In this document: in pieces, positions 46,004 to 59,649 of the stretch | Layout of the letters: each line of letters starts with the position of its first letter | Position numbering within the stretch: the stretch's first letter is position 1 | Assembly: GCA_973895155.1 (NCBI GenBank) | Contig: OZ316897.1 | Span: forward strand, 6,996,470-7,060,469 | DNA length: 64,000 bases | From: Marsupella aquatica | Lineage: Eukaryota; Plantae; Marchantiophyta | Direction: 5' to 3' | The notes under the pieces: generated by a model | Told to the model about the DNA's origin: nothing | Databases searched by the model: none | Seen by the model: the letters and a program-made list of their open reading frames with translations, nothing else | Made by a program: the position numbers and the translations under genes

Positions 46004-49000
46004 ATGACTACGCCGCTGAAAACGGACTCAGTCGTGAGTCTCAGCATCGTCGCCTCGTTTCTCCAATTTTTGAGCGCAGGTACTGTACTTTTTCTATCAA
46101 TTAATTTTTTCACGGCTAATGATCCCCATTCCTCCTCTTTGCGACACCGCCACGAAATTTCACTGAACTGAATTACGAGCTCACTGGTGGATGTTTATTT
46201 CCTTAGTTTACATAACTAGGTTGCTATGTATTGTTGTTTTTTAGGCGTTTCGCCGGTTTGACCTCTCAGAGCTGATTTTCATTCATTCTTCTTTACGTTT
46301 TGTGACCTTGTTAAGGGTTTTAAGCTTTGAATTAAAGTAGATAAATAAAGTTTATTCAGTGTCGATCTGGACTGCTCCTATTTCTCCTATGCGATACCTT
46401 ACCGGGGACCATCATCTGTGTACATTCGTCTTTGTTCTCCCGTGAGTCCTTCTTGACGCGTTGCGTGGTCTCCTTCGATCAGTTGATGACGGTTTGTGAT
46501 GATAACTGGGTTGCCATCTTCCGAAAACTACAAATTAACAAGCCTTGCTGTCATGTTTCGTACTAGGCATCTGTCTTGTAAGGAAGCTTAGTTTCTTTCA
46601 TTTTCTGCAAGGTTCTTGTCCTTTGCAGCAATCGACTACTCAACACCTAGATTGCGGGTTCCTTTTGATTGCAGATTTTCAATCACGTTCTTTCATACTT
46701 GCTCTCGCTTTTCCTAAAGCGTTGCAATTATTTTACAGTGGAACCTGCGTCGGGAACGGACACAGAGGGGCTAGAAGTTGCTGCGCAATGCCTGTCGGAG
46801 GTCTTTGGACTCAATACTTCAAATCGGGATCCCCGGATACGACTACTGTCATTGGTCGAGCTCTTTACAGCTGGGTCAGGCCCTGCAGCTGTATCTTCTG
46901 CTGGGCCCAGCACATCAGCTACCGATAATCTTCAGCAATCTACACCAGTCAGTGTCTCATTACCTTCTCACCTTTCATCCCCCGTAAGTTTGGCCTCGTC
47001 TCTATCCCGTGAAATGCAATGGTGGCTATGGTTGTGAATTGATTCCCCCAGTCTCTGAAGTGTTGGTTAGGATTCCCACCTTATAATGTTCCTTTTCGTA
47101 GGCAGTCCATTTAAATGATCGAACTTTTCTGTTAAATACGTCCATCCGCTGCTTATGGATTACTCATGAATATCTTGAGATAAGTCGCGGTCACAATGTT
47201 TGGGACATTGTTGTGAAGGTTTCCTTGTATCAGGGTTGGAGCTATTTGCGTGGAGTAGAACAGACTATGGTCAAGAGATCTGTCGGTCGTTTGCTGGATG
47301 ATGAATTTACGACGTATCCCCTCTCTTTCTTTCTGAAAATGCAAAGCTCGTGGACATTTTGCAGGCTGGACGTACGGCTGGTGAAACACTTGTCAATGGT
47401 ATGTGGCCAACGTGTAGAGTTGGCATGCCTTCACTCAGAGAACTTCCTTGTCTTGACCATTAAGTTCGAGAACCGAGTGATTACATTTTTAGAAAGGGGT
47501 TGCCGAACAATCTGGCAACATCCGCGACTTTCGTCCAGAGTTTTTGAGTAACACCTTTGTCTGCATGTGATGGTTTTTTTTCTCGAGTTTGCGGTTTTTT
47601 GTTAAGCTAGTAAAAAAAATTCATCATTTTTGTCTTGTGTAAGTGTGTTGTTTGGGAGGGGACATCATCCTGATCCATGGACGTGGATGAACCCCCTTCT
47701 TTGGTACGCAGATCGTACAACCTCGTCTGGGGAGTCTCTCCTGGATCAATTCAGGGAAGGACTGGAATTGGCAGGCTTTTTTGTACAAGATACTATTGAA
47801 AATGCTGAAAAACTAAACCAAGCCAAGCATACTTTGGATGACGCTTTGAAGGTGCGCGGTGCCTGCTTTCCTTCCAGGACTTTCTCACTTTGGTTTATGT
47901 CAAATAGGATTTGATCGTGTGGCTTGCTTCATTCCTCAGGGTATGGAGGGGGTCACAAATGTGAATTTTCCCCTCTTCCACTGTACTAATTTCTACTAGG
48001 AGAATTTGAATTTCTCTGTGCTTCAGTCAGTAACAAGATTTGTACAGCTCTTCTTCGGAGCCGCAAGACGTGTTCGCCACATTTTCTGCCCGTTTTGAGT
48101 GGTAGTTTGCAAGCAACGGAATTTCTGACGTTGATGTCCGGAATCTGTCTGCAGAAAGTACGATCCTCCAGCGTCGCTCCAAAATGGAGTGCTGGCTACT
48201 CAGAGGACACTCTGGTTCTTGCAGAGGCCTTCAAACTTCAAGGTATTCAGTGGATGACGTCCTGCTGGTCTTCCTGAGCTTGAATTGGCTGTTAGGTGGT
48301 GCCAAGCGTCTTCAGACACCCCGGGTTGTAGACAAAATCTTCAAAACCATTTTGCTGCAGTGAGACATAGATAGGATTTATTATGATTGTGGTTTAGCGA
48401 TATCTTAAATGAGCAAAAGTTGTATTTTGACTACATGTGTAGCGGTTAACGCTATAGAGAACTATTGGAAGGGTTGGGACGAAAGCCTTGATGTATCGTC
48501 ATTGCATGTTATCCCTTCACCGTTTCCCTGTGGGACTTTTTTCTTTGCTTGCAGGCAATGCGACCATGAGTGCTCAACGGTACCAGGATGCAATTCAATT
48601 GTATACATTGGCCATCTCTTTGTGCGGGAACAATGCGATCTTCTATTCAAACCGGTAATATTCTCCCTGATGTACCCCCGTCATACAATCACTGTCAATT
48701 ATTCTTGTTAACTTTGCTTTGTACTGACTATGGATTGGTTTTTGAATAATATGCTGGGGAAACAGTATGACCGAAATTAACGTTTCTAATCTAGGGCAGC
48801 AGCGCTTACACAAGTTGGGAAGTTTGCCGAAGCTATTGCGGACTGCGAGGTAGCGATTAAGCTTGACCCTCAGTACAGCAAGGCCTACAGCCGTTTGGGC
48901 CTTGTGTACTTTGCTCAGGGTCGCCTTCAAGAAGCCATCGAGAATGGTTTCCAGAAAGGTGAGCTGTATGTTTAGGTGATGATAAAAGTGAATCGTTTCC

Positions 49001-50456
49001 TGAAAGATGAATTGTAAACCAAGTGGTAATTGTAACGTATCATAAGCTCCAGGACCAGAAAAGTCAAGGGAGCTGCAACAAAAGAGTAGTAAAATGGAAT
49101 GGAATGAGCATCAAAGAAAGATTGCTCATTAGAGGACCAATATGTCCTCTATCAAACTACGGACCTAAAGAGTACTCAAGGATGTTCCAACCCTTCTCGC
49201 CGTTCTCTAGAATTGCTAGGATAAGTCTACCAAGGTGCTGAGGGGGCAGACTTTAAGAATGCATACAAATCTCTCACCAAGATCTGAGATTCCACTCTTA
49301 CACCCTCAGAAAACCTGCAAGCAATGAAAACATGACTTTCATTCTCTATGCTAGAGCTATCACAAAGTTGGCAAGCCCTTATTTTTCTTTCTATACCCTT
49401 CCATCTTCCCTCTTCTACTTCAAGATGGTGTGAAATATGTCTATAGCGAGCAATCATATGTCTGAGCGGTACTCTAATACTACTAGATAGGTATTCTTGT
49501 GAAACTGAAGGCCCTTATTGATTGTTATTGACCGCGTATGTGCGGATTCGTTTTAACTCATTGTTCAGTGAGTTCTGTCAGAGTTACCTCTCTCACATTA
49601 TGGTAGAGACGTAAATGATTTTTGACTCTGCTGCCACAGCTTTGGAGCTTGATCCCTCAAGTACCTCTGTGCAGGAGAACCTGCGGGTATGTATACAGAC
49701 CTTGATTGGTGCCAGTTACAGCAAAACTAAAAGATCGTCTGACGAAGATTCTCTGCCTTGGATTTTGTAAGATGATTCAAGCACTTCAAATGTCTCATTA
49801 CAGGCAGCCCAGCTAAAACTGGACGAGCAACTGAGGAGCAGGGATCAAGGACAAACTCATCCTCCAGGGACACAGGTACTTGAAGTTTATAAGACAGTCT
49901 GATGAGGCTTTGAAGGGTCTGATGGGGTGACTTGATTGAAGGAACCAGGAAGTCATGACATGTCTGGCAGTAAATATCTTGCTCATCCTTTTTTGTGGGT
50001 TTGTGACCTTGTTTCACGACCTAATAAACGGAAGGGCGAAACTCATGCGAGTTCAAGTTCTGACGTACTCTTTGTCTCCAGAATTCAGGAAACTTTACTG
50101 CATCAACGGGGGCACCTATGAACATGCCGTTGCCTCCTGATATTGCCAACTTGTTGCCTGGTATCTTAAATTTGGCTGCACAATTTGGACAAAGTGCACA
50201 AGAGACGCAACCACAAACGAGATCAAACCAGAATGCAGAGAATGACAGTCGTCCAGGCCATGGTATGAACTTCACCGATGGGGGAGTTCAGGTGGATTCG
50301 GACGTCAATCTAGATGGAAACTTCAATGTAACTTTTAATGGACAGCAACTTCCTCCGCAGTACGCTGGACTCATGCAATCTGTGTTTCAACAGATGTTCG
50401 GTGCATTTCCTGGCCAGAACCCCAATACTCGATCTGGTCCACCTGGGGGAAACTGA
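46004..50456 (+). CDS. SGT/SGTA-like TPR co-chaperone. Exons 46004-46079, 46739-46983 (alternative donor after 46947), 47365-47398, 47712-47851, 48155-48242, 48555-48654, 48795-48958, 49640-49686, 49804-49875, 50082-50456
   Basis: Phase-consistent GT-AG introns. N-terminal dimerisation-like motif (IVASFLQFL...EGLEVAAQCLSEVF), three TPRs (AEAFKLQGN...YSNRAAA...DPQYSKAYSRLG...ALELDP), Q/M/P/G-rich C-terminus. Confidence 0.9.
49140..49500 (-). mobile_element. Non-LTR retrotransposon (LINE) 3' fragment in intron 7
   Basis: HHLEVEEGRW...RACQLC...IENESHVFIAC matches a C-terminal CCHC finger typical of LINE ORF2. Boundaries approximate. Confidence 0.7.
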
Positions 50457-52439
50457 TGTCCGTGCTCCACAATTTGATCAGAATCCGGCACCTGCAATCT
50501 GATTCTATTGGGGTCATATGTTTTGTCAGATATTCCTCTCGTCACAGGTTAGTAACTAGATTTTGGTTTCACAACAAGATTTTATTCCAAATCTCCGGTG
50601 AAGAGTTTTTCTCTGCTTTATCCCATCAAGATTGAGAATTGGCACCACGCGTTGATTCCTTCTCGGCTCAGACAATCAGAGATACTTGACATGATTTTCC
50701 ATTCAATGCACGGGGCCTCTATGAAGGTTTTCTGACCTTTTGGTGAAACAAAACTGGAGAGGACTCCAACCCGATAGAAGTCCGCATCAACATTTGGTAA
50801 TTTTGGAAGGCATTTCAGTTGTAGTGCTGCCTTAATGTGTGGACTGAAAAAAAGTGAGGTCTTGCTCGTTTTGTCACCAACACAAGTGCGGACTCCTTTG
50901 GAAGTCTTCTGTACTGCTTAGTTTTATATTCAGTTTTGGCGAGAAGACAGAAGTTAAGGAACTGGGATGAGGAATTGGCGGGCATTGTTAACAAATCGTT
51001 GAAACCTGTCCTTCATCAAACCAGGTGTCGATATCACGACCAACCCTGCTGGTGGCTGTTGAAAGTGAGGACGGGAGGGTAGAATGTTTTGAATTAACCT
51101 TTAAGAGGCTATGAACTGTGTAGCTTGGTAGCCCATTTTGTAGGATCTACGCACAGCAAACACGCCTACGTGATGAGAAAATGAGATCATGAACAGACAA
51201 ATAATTTTTGGAAAGGCAAAGTTTGGGCCCATTTTTTGCAAAAGGAGAATGTATGCTAAGATTGACAACAAATATTATTAAGGGAACTGTAATTCTTGTG
51301 GAAATTTGATGGTTGAGAGTGATGTTTTGAAAGTCTGGACTCTTACATGTCCTACTATTATCAGCTAACATCTAATTCTGGTGGTTAATGATGTATTAAC
51401 ACTTTCAAGATTCAAAGTTTTTAGAACAGATGTTTTACACATGAGGGAGTTGAAGGGTGTGATTTGACTGGCTAAACAGTTCTACCTATAGAAAGTAGAA
51501 ACAGGTTTGTTAGATTGGAGAAAGTTGGGCCTGGTTGTTTCTTCTACCAGTTCTCTATGGGTACAGTGCGGAGACTGAGGCAAGTAAAGGAGCAGAGACC
51601 ACGTGTCTGTGGACCCGATTGGTTGGCTGGCCAGCACGCCAGTGAGAGCTGAATGAGGAGTGATGAGCATGTGGCGGAGGGTGAGGAAATATCGGGTGCA
51701 AACGTATATGGTTAAGCACGGGAGCTATCCCTCCATGGGAGATTATAGTTGACCCTATACGGGAGAATTAATGCAGTTGGCCTCATAATTTCAAGTAGTT
51801 ATCATCTATATGTATAGAAATATCCCATAAAGGGATGAGTGGCTGGCTCATGTTCTGGTAAAAATAATTGGCTGACAGACAGTACATTATACCATTTATT
51901 TTTAATGAGATTTAATCCTCAAAAAATGTGCTTATGTGTCAACTCATAAGTGGTTGAAAAGGTGATGATGAACCAGATGACGTTGACGAATGATGGAGGG
52001 CGTGTGAAATAATGCAAGACTGGCAGTCGCCTTCGGACCCAAATGGAAAATCAATTGGACTTTGATTGGACTTCGACCGAGGAGGGAGAGAAATTTTTAA
52101 ATATTTAGTAATATTGGGCCCAAATGGAAAAGCTATTGGACTTTGATCAGGGAGGGAGACTAAGACTGTGAGGGAAGTGGCGGCATCATCATAAGTGGAT
52201 TGATCTGCAGAAGCAAATGCAGGAGCTTAAGGTGGAGCCGGGCCCTCCTTCGACTCTCATTCTACACTTGGAAATTTGGGTAAGGGACTATGGCCCTGAG
52301 CTCTTGTGAACACTCAAATTCACTATCCTGTCATTCACTATGCTCATTTCTCAATAGAATTGCTAGTTCTTCAGGGAATGTGATGAGATTAGGTTTCCAG
52401 TTTGACAGATAGATGAGCTTGGGCGAGAACATTCAGGGT

Positions 52440-53590
52440 GAATTATTGATACTCACGCAACGCCTCATTTAGTGATTCATTGGGGGTGTGTTTGGCACTC
52501 CCGTCAATGGAATATCATATGACCATCTTGCGGAAAAAGAAGAACCCTATGACCTATGTCATTAAGTGATCCTGCGCAATTGCCCATCGGTTTGCCTAAG
52601 GATGATGTCCCTGCGGCTTACTTTAATATCTTCATTGCCCACCATGACAACACCAATCTGGGCCGTGGGCTTGTTATACCACCTTGGACCACTGTCGCAC
52701 TCGGCCATGAGGCGTAAAGATACCCCTGGAAAATTGCCCCCCTCTATCCAACTTCCCGCATTCTTAAATAAATGAACACCCCTATTATGTTCATACAACA
52801 TGTTTTGCAGTTGAATTTGGTTTAGCCTGCAACAAAAGCAATTGGAACCACTCATGTTGGAGATATGAAAATATAGTTAAGCAAGATGGAAGAGCAAATG
52901 GTCCTTGGATTGAGGAAAAGTACCTATTCCCAACTTCATTCGCGATATCATAAATGTACAATTGTGCAAATTTGTGTCCTTCTCCTATAGGGGGAAAAGA
53001 GCTCTCCACAAGATGGTACAATGCTACTTGGATACAAAAGGAGTACAGTCGTGACTATTATTTTGCTCATCCACTTTTGCACCACTGGAGGTAAAAGCCA
53101 AGGCATTGTTATAACCTCTTATGTTGTTGCAAAAACTCTCCCCAATATTGTTTTGCCTTGTAAGCGAGCTTCATAGAGGCTCCGGAGGGGCACCAAAATG
53201 AGGCAATATAATCTTGTTGGTGGCACAATAGGCACTAAAAATGGGATTGTTTTTGGTGCCCTTTGTGCATTCTTCAAGCCAATGAAGTGCCCCACATGTG
53301 TGGTAAACCACGTCCACACTCCCCAAACAATGTCGACCCAAGTAAGGATCCAATGAACTTCAAGCCTTGGGAAGACTGCTAATTAGTTGCGCGGGCCTTC
53401 ATTGCGCTATATCTTCTTCACTCTGTGGCACAGGCGTGATTGGTGTGGGCCTTCGTTGCGCTATATCTTCTTCAGTCTGTGGCACAGGCGTGATTGGTGC
53501 AACTGCCAAACTCTTCACTTCAAACGCAACATCAGGCACGATATTCGGTTCCCTTTCTCCACTTGACAACTCCAAGGTGCCCTTCACAAA
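52440..53590 (-). mobile_element. Decayed Helitron RepHel N-terminal region
   Basis: Ordered fragments CGALHWLEE, FAQLYIYD, YNKPT...RDIILRQTDGQLRRI across several frameshifts. Includes a 57-bp duplication at ~53393-53500. Confidence 0.8.
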
Positions 53591-53869
53591 CTGTCAAATT
53601 CACCATCCCCATCATTGAGATAATCTTTCTCAGCGTCATATAATTCCCCCACGTACAACATGTTCATCAAACCCGTCATCCATTGCCCCAATGATGAGCC
53701 ACTCCTCATAAAAAATGAGTTTGAGAGTGAGAGTGCACCGGTTCATGCGGAGGACAATCAATCCCCCCTTCATCCAATGCCCCCGTGATAAGTCACTCCT
53801 CATCATAGAGGCAAGGTTCTTACTGCACATGTGATGTTGCCTCAGCCTTCACCCAAAAATTAAAAAAAA

Positions 53870-54218
53870 CTCAACACGCCACATCCCTCCTCGGCCAATC
53901 CCTCTCTTCCATCTATTAGCACCCGGCTCTCTCCATTAACCTCCTTGAAGTCTTCTCTAACCTCCGTGCCTCAACTGCCATGTGCTCAATGTCCTTATCA
54001 AATTTGAATCCTCTCAGGCCGCCACATGTCACTACCACAATAATTGCCTTAAAGTTCACCTAACCAAAGGTAATCTCTTTTCTATTCTTCTTTGTCATAA
54101 ATATTACAGTTTTCTCCTTTCAAATAAAAGTCTCTTCCAAATCACAAACCATCACCATATACCTCCAACGCGAAATAAGGTTCTCCTTTCCCTTCCTTTA
54201 ATTTTCATCCCGACGACA
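53870..54218 (-). mobile_element. Family-3-related LTR 5' terminal fragment
   Basis: Ends CCCGACGACA as at 39681. TCTTCTCTAACCTCCGTGCC matches the reverse complement of ~16160-16179. Confidence 0.6.
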
Positions 54219-54885
54219 CCACCAATACCTCGTTGAGAGGAGACGTGTTCGAAACAGTACCCTCAACAAAAGAAACCTCTAATTACTCCATAGTCCCATC
54301 CATATTATTTATGTTCTCTACATCCAACGGAGATATAGTCATTCAAATTTACATGCCCAATTCCAAGCTCGACAAACCCTAACTAAGTTGAACGTCGATT
54401 AAGCCATTGCAAGAGACATGAGATATTAGAAGGAGCCCAATATACATCAAGGATACATCTAATAAGCCCCCCTCCTCCCACCCATCCAACCTTGGGACAC
54501 TAGAAGAAAACATGGCCCTTTATCACCAATTATCCAATGACCGAAATGAATAAATGACCAAAATTGGCAATGACACAAAATGAATGACAGGAGAATGACT
54601 GTCCAAAATGACCAATAGACTGAAATGACAAAATGATAAATTTTGCGTCATTTAGCCTAATGTCTATACTGACTGATACGACCAAAATGACACAATTAGT
54701 ATAAAATGGTCAATTTAGACATACATCCTAAATGACGCAACCAAATACAACGATGATAAATCAGTGTTTAGCACCATTGTAGTCACTTTGGACAACGGTT
54801 GTAAATGACCAAATCCTAGTTGGGTCGTTTTGGACAACGGTGATAAATGACAAAAAACCTATTTTTGTCATTTTAACCAACACTG

Positions 54886-55230
54886 CTAAATGACTAAATT
54901 TAGGGTCAATCTAAAAATCAAGATATATCAGTGTTTACAACAATATATAATCATTATGCACTTATCTCATAAATGACTAAATCTAGGGTCAATCTAAAAA
55001 TCAAAATATATCAGTGTTTACAACAATATACAGTCATTATGGACTTGTATCATAAATGATTACTTATAAAGTCAATCTAAAAATTAGGATATATTAGTCT
55101 TTATATTAATATATAGTCATTACAAACTTGTGTCATAAATGACTACTTCTAGAGTCATTAAGGAATCAATGATATATCAGTGATTAAAAGACTGGATAGT
55201 CATTGCGGACTCCGCCCATAAATAACTAAT
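54886..55230. repeat. ~83-bp tandem repeat (about 4 copies) inside an AAATGAC-rich zone that starts near 54540
   Basis: Recurring AAATGACTAAAT...GTCAATCTAAAAATC...ATATATCAGTG units. Confidence 0.8.
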
Positions 55231-55239
55231 TGTAGAGTC

Positions 55240-57902
55240 ATTGAAGAATGCCAATGACTGCAGTAAGGGTAATGTTGGCAGTCATATTGGAGGTCATTTT
55301 GACCAAATGACCACATATGTGGTCATTCAAGACGTCCCTCATGGTGTCATTATGGGTCAGCAAAAATTATCATGTTCGGTCTAGGAGCTTAAGGTGGGCC
55401 CGAGTGGGCCATGGGCCATATATAGAGGTGGCAACTCCTCCACTAGGTGCGGGACACTATACTCATCATTGTCCATCGACTAGTTGCAGCATAAACACTT
55501 TGGACACATGTTTTTGCGTTTACTTAAGGTATGATGCACCTTTGGGGAAATCACTCCCAAGTCATACGACTTTGGAGTGATTTGCCAAATTAAAGTGTCA
55601 CCATGGATGCATATCATCATATCCAAATGCAAATGGAGCCATTTTTTGGTCTCTCCAAGAAGTAGCGCAACACCAATGGAAGGTTGTCGTACTTTGATTT
55701 AATTGTGTCATGTTTGTGTCAGTGTTTGGATGGGGAATATTCTATTTTGTAAATAAATAATGATGGGGCACTCCAGGAGGTATTGTAATCTTTATTGGGT
55801 CATTTTTGACAAAATTTGTGTTACAAATGCCAATGACTACAAGTAAGGTCCCGAGTAAGGTGATTAAAACTGTCATATGGGATGTCATATAAGTCAAATG
55901 ACTGGACTTGTAGTCATTTGAGGGGTCCCTCATGAAATCATTAAGTAGAAGCACAAATAACCAGTTTGGGCTGGAGGCTAGAGGTGGGCCCTAGAGTGCC
56001 ATGTGGCCCCACATAGAGCTGAGAACCCCTCCACTAGGTGCAGGGCACTATGCTCATCATTGTCCAATCACTAGTTGTGCCAAACACTTTGGATCCATGT
56101 TTTCATGTTTACTTAAGGCATGATGCACCTTTGGGGAAATCACTCCCACGCCATACAACTTTGGAGTGATTTGCCAAATTAAAGTGCCCCCATGGATGCA
56201 TACTATCACATTCAAAGGCAAATAAAAGTTGTTTTTTGTTCTCCAAGAGATATTGCAGCACCAATGGAATGGGCGTGGTCATTGTGCTTCCCTATGTGGT
56301 GTGTGTGTGGGTTTTGGGTAAAGGAATATTCTAACTTTGCAAGGAATCTAAAGTGGGCTCTCTTTGGAGGTACTAGGGCCTTCATTGGGTCATTTGTGAA
56401 CAATGGCGTGTCATAAATGCCCAATGACTACAAATAAGGTCATTGAAACCGTCATATGGGATGTCATATAAGTCAAATGACTGGACTTGTTGTCATGTGA
56501 GGGGATCCCTTGTGCAATCATTGAAGACAAACATAAATGACCAGTTTGGGGCCAGGGGCTGGAGGTGGGCCCTAGAGTGCCATGTGGCCCCACATGGGGC
56601 TGTCAACCCCTCCACTAGGTGTGGAATACTATATATATTTACTATTATCCAACCATTAGTTGCACCATAATTAATGTTGAGTCATGTTTTTGCAGCGTTT
56701 ACCTAAGGCATGATGGAACTTTGGGGAAATCACTCCCAAGTCATACGACTTTGGAGTGATTTGCCAAAAATGTCACCATGGATGTATACCATCACATCCA
56801 ATTGCAAGTGAAATAATAGTTGTTTTCTTGTTCTTCAAGAGGTAGTGCAAAACCAGTGGAAGATTGTTGTCCTTCTATTAACTATATCATGATGTTTGTG
56901 CCGGTGTTTGGGTGGGGAATATTCTATTAAATTGCAAAGGGATTATGAGGGGGCACTCCGAGAGGTAGTGTAATTTTCACTGGGTCATTTTGGAGTAATG
57001 GTGTGTCCTTAATGCCAATGACTATAGTGAGGGTCATTTTGGCTGTCATATTCCAGGTCATTTGGACCAAATGATTGCATATGTGGTCATTAGAGAGGTC
57101 CTTCATGGTGTCATTATGAACCAGCATAAATGACAAGTTTAGGGCTAGGAGCTAGAGATGGGCCCTAGAGTGCCATGTGGCCCCACATAGAGCTAGAAAC
57201 CCCTCCACTAGGTGCGGGACACTGTATTTGTCATTATCCAACCACTAGTTAGACCATGAACACTTTGGAGCCATGTTTTTGCGTTTACTTAAGGCATGAT
57301 GGAACTTTGGGGAAATCACTCCCAAGTCATATGACTTTGGAGTGATTTGCCAAAAGTGGCACCATGGATGCATACCATCGACGTATCCAAAGGAAATAAA
57401 ACCTTTTTTAGTCTCTCCAAGAAGAAGTGCAACACCAATGGAAGGTTGTCATCCATCTATTTAACTGTGTCATGTTTGTGTCGGTGTTTGGATGGGGAAT
57501 ATTCTATTTTGCAAATGAATAGTGATGAGGCACTCTGGGAGGTAGTGTAATCTTTATTGGGTCATTTGGAACAAAGGCATGTCATAAATGCCTATGACTA
57601 CAAACAGGGTCATTAAAATTGTCATATGGGATGTCATATAAGTCAAATGACTGGTTTTGTGGTCATTTGAGGGGTCCCTTGTGCACTCATTTAGGAGAAG
57701 CACAAATGACCAGTTTGGGGCTAGGGGCATGAGGTGGGCCCTAGAGTGCCATGTGGCCCCACATAGAGCTGGAAACCCCTCCACTAGGTGTGGGACACTA
57801 TATTCATCATTGTCCAACCACTAGTTGCACCATGAACACTTGGAGCCGTGTTTTTGCATTTACTTAAGGCATGATGGAACTTTGGGAAAATCACTCCCAA
57901 GT
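55240..57902. repeat. ~590-bp tandem array (about 4.5 units) with a conserved hairpin
   Basis: GGGGAAATCACTCCCAAGTC-ATAC-GACTTTGGAGTGATTTGCC at ~55543, 56133, 56723 and 57309, truncated at 57902. Confidence 0.9.
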
Positions 57903-59166
57903 CGGAGCCCGCTCCCATTCTTTCAACAATACAAAAATCTTGCTTCCCGCCGTCTGACTTAAGAAATTGAAAGGGCATGGCGACAGAAGCAATCAAAAAC
58001 ATTGAAAACTTACCTTGAACTGACAGGACGCTCTAGGATGGGCTGCGCTCCTGGGACTATCCCACACTCTTGGGCGCAATCCTTTGTGCAATGCTTGGAC
58101 CAAAATCTGTCCGCTATCTCCCTGAGGTACTCCACAGATAAAGCAATCTCTAACACCTCTAGACTGAAGCTCGCAACGGCCTCAATCCTAAACACAAGAG
58201 CGCCTGAAACAGAGTCCGCAACTACAAGCTTTGCAAGTCGACTCTCTGAGCTCTCCCAGCTCATAGGTATCAGCGCGATTGCTTCCCTTCTTGATTGAGC
58301 GCTCTTCCAACGCTTGCTAGGTTGATATTCCAATGCTGACAATAAGCTATGGACAACAAGCTTAGAAGACCGTGGGGAGACAACTAAACTTGCAGCCACG
58401 AGGTCACATATCAAAGATAGGGGATTGCAGCCTTACCTGGGCTGAACCAAACCAAGCCGTTGTCACAAAACAAGTTGTGCAGCAATCCGCAACAACAACA
58501 GTGCAAATGCGGGCGAAACGATGTCCTCCACGAACCCAAAATGCGGCCACCCTATCCACCTCACACAATGAACAGACCTCCACAATCGACCCTAAACCTT
58601 GAACCTTGCCACCAAGCAATGAGCGGCCCGATGATCCACCTTGCTCCCCACTTTGTTAAACCTCCACAATGTGCCGACGACCTTCAACCCTGCCACCAAG
58701 CAATGAGCTCTCCGTTGTTCCTCACCCTAAACCCTCAACACTCCCGTCAAGTTGTGGACCAAAACTGCGATTGCTTCCTTGCTTCCCTCCAGAATTCTTG
58801 TTTTTGGCTGCGGATTATGGAAGCAAATACTCAAGAGGGTTTGCTTCACAAAAGGGCGCACTTTGCTAGTAAGGACCTACGCACACTGACTAAACGCCTG
58901 AACCCACACTTAGTGGCAGAACTGCTGGAAACCCAAAGCTACACCGACCTATTCCAACACCCCTAAGCCCCTGTTCCATTGAGGCAAGTCCTTGAGCTTG
59001 CTAGTTGCACACACACACGGGCTTTAGCAACAAAGGTTAGACCACTAATGAGAGCCATCCATTTAGACACAAAAATGAGGCCAATTAAGATTACATGCAT
59101 GCCAGTGTGGGACCCTAGCTAGCGGCACATCTACCACTTGTAAACTTTTGGCATGCACATACCCGG

Positions 59167-59193
59167 CCTAAACCCTAAACCCTAAAACCCTAG
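59167..59193. repeat. Short interstitial plant-telomere-like tract (CCCTAAA, about 3 copies)
   Basis: CCTAAACCCTAAACCCTAAAACCCTAG. Confidence 0.55.
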
Positions 59194-59649
59194 CCTAGAC
59201 CAAGTACCTTTAATTTACCTGGTAGATTACTTACCTTGTATCGCTATGTACGCACTCGCACAATATTAATTGCCAGGGCATTCCCTTAATTTAGTCCTAA
59301 TTTTCAAATGTGTTTAAAGGGACTAAGAAATTAGGATATATCCCGAATGCTATGTGTTGGGCGAGGTCAAATGGGATTAGATTGTGGTGTTAACCCTAAA
59401 GTTTTCTTGCATGTATAAAGCTCTATTGTAGAGGGAGTGACTTAACAAACTTCATTCTTGTTGGCTGAACTTAGTTATAGTTGCAACTTCCACCATAGTT
59501 AGGAATATGACTTCCCAAGAATTCTCCAAAACTCAGTCAACAACTTGTAACAAAAATGACACCAACAACCTAGGAGTCACAAAATATGGAAAGTCTCAAG
59601 CGAGTCACTTAAGGCAGGTCTCAGAATGGCCCAGTTTCTTCTAGTGTAT

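Noticed and set aside
45542-46171. 209-aa membrane-like ORF
   Set aside because: Pyrimidine-rich 5' region read in frame into exon 1 and intron 1 of the SGT-like gene; only 46004-46079 is supported.
58002-58966. ORFs of 98-168 aa on both strands
   Set aside because: No recognisable motifs, non-ATG starts and mutual overlap.
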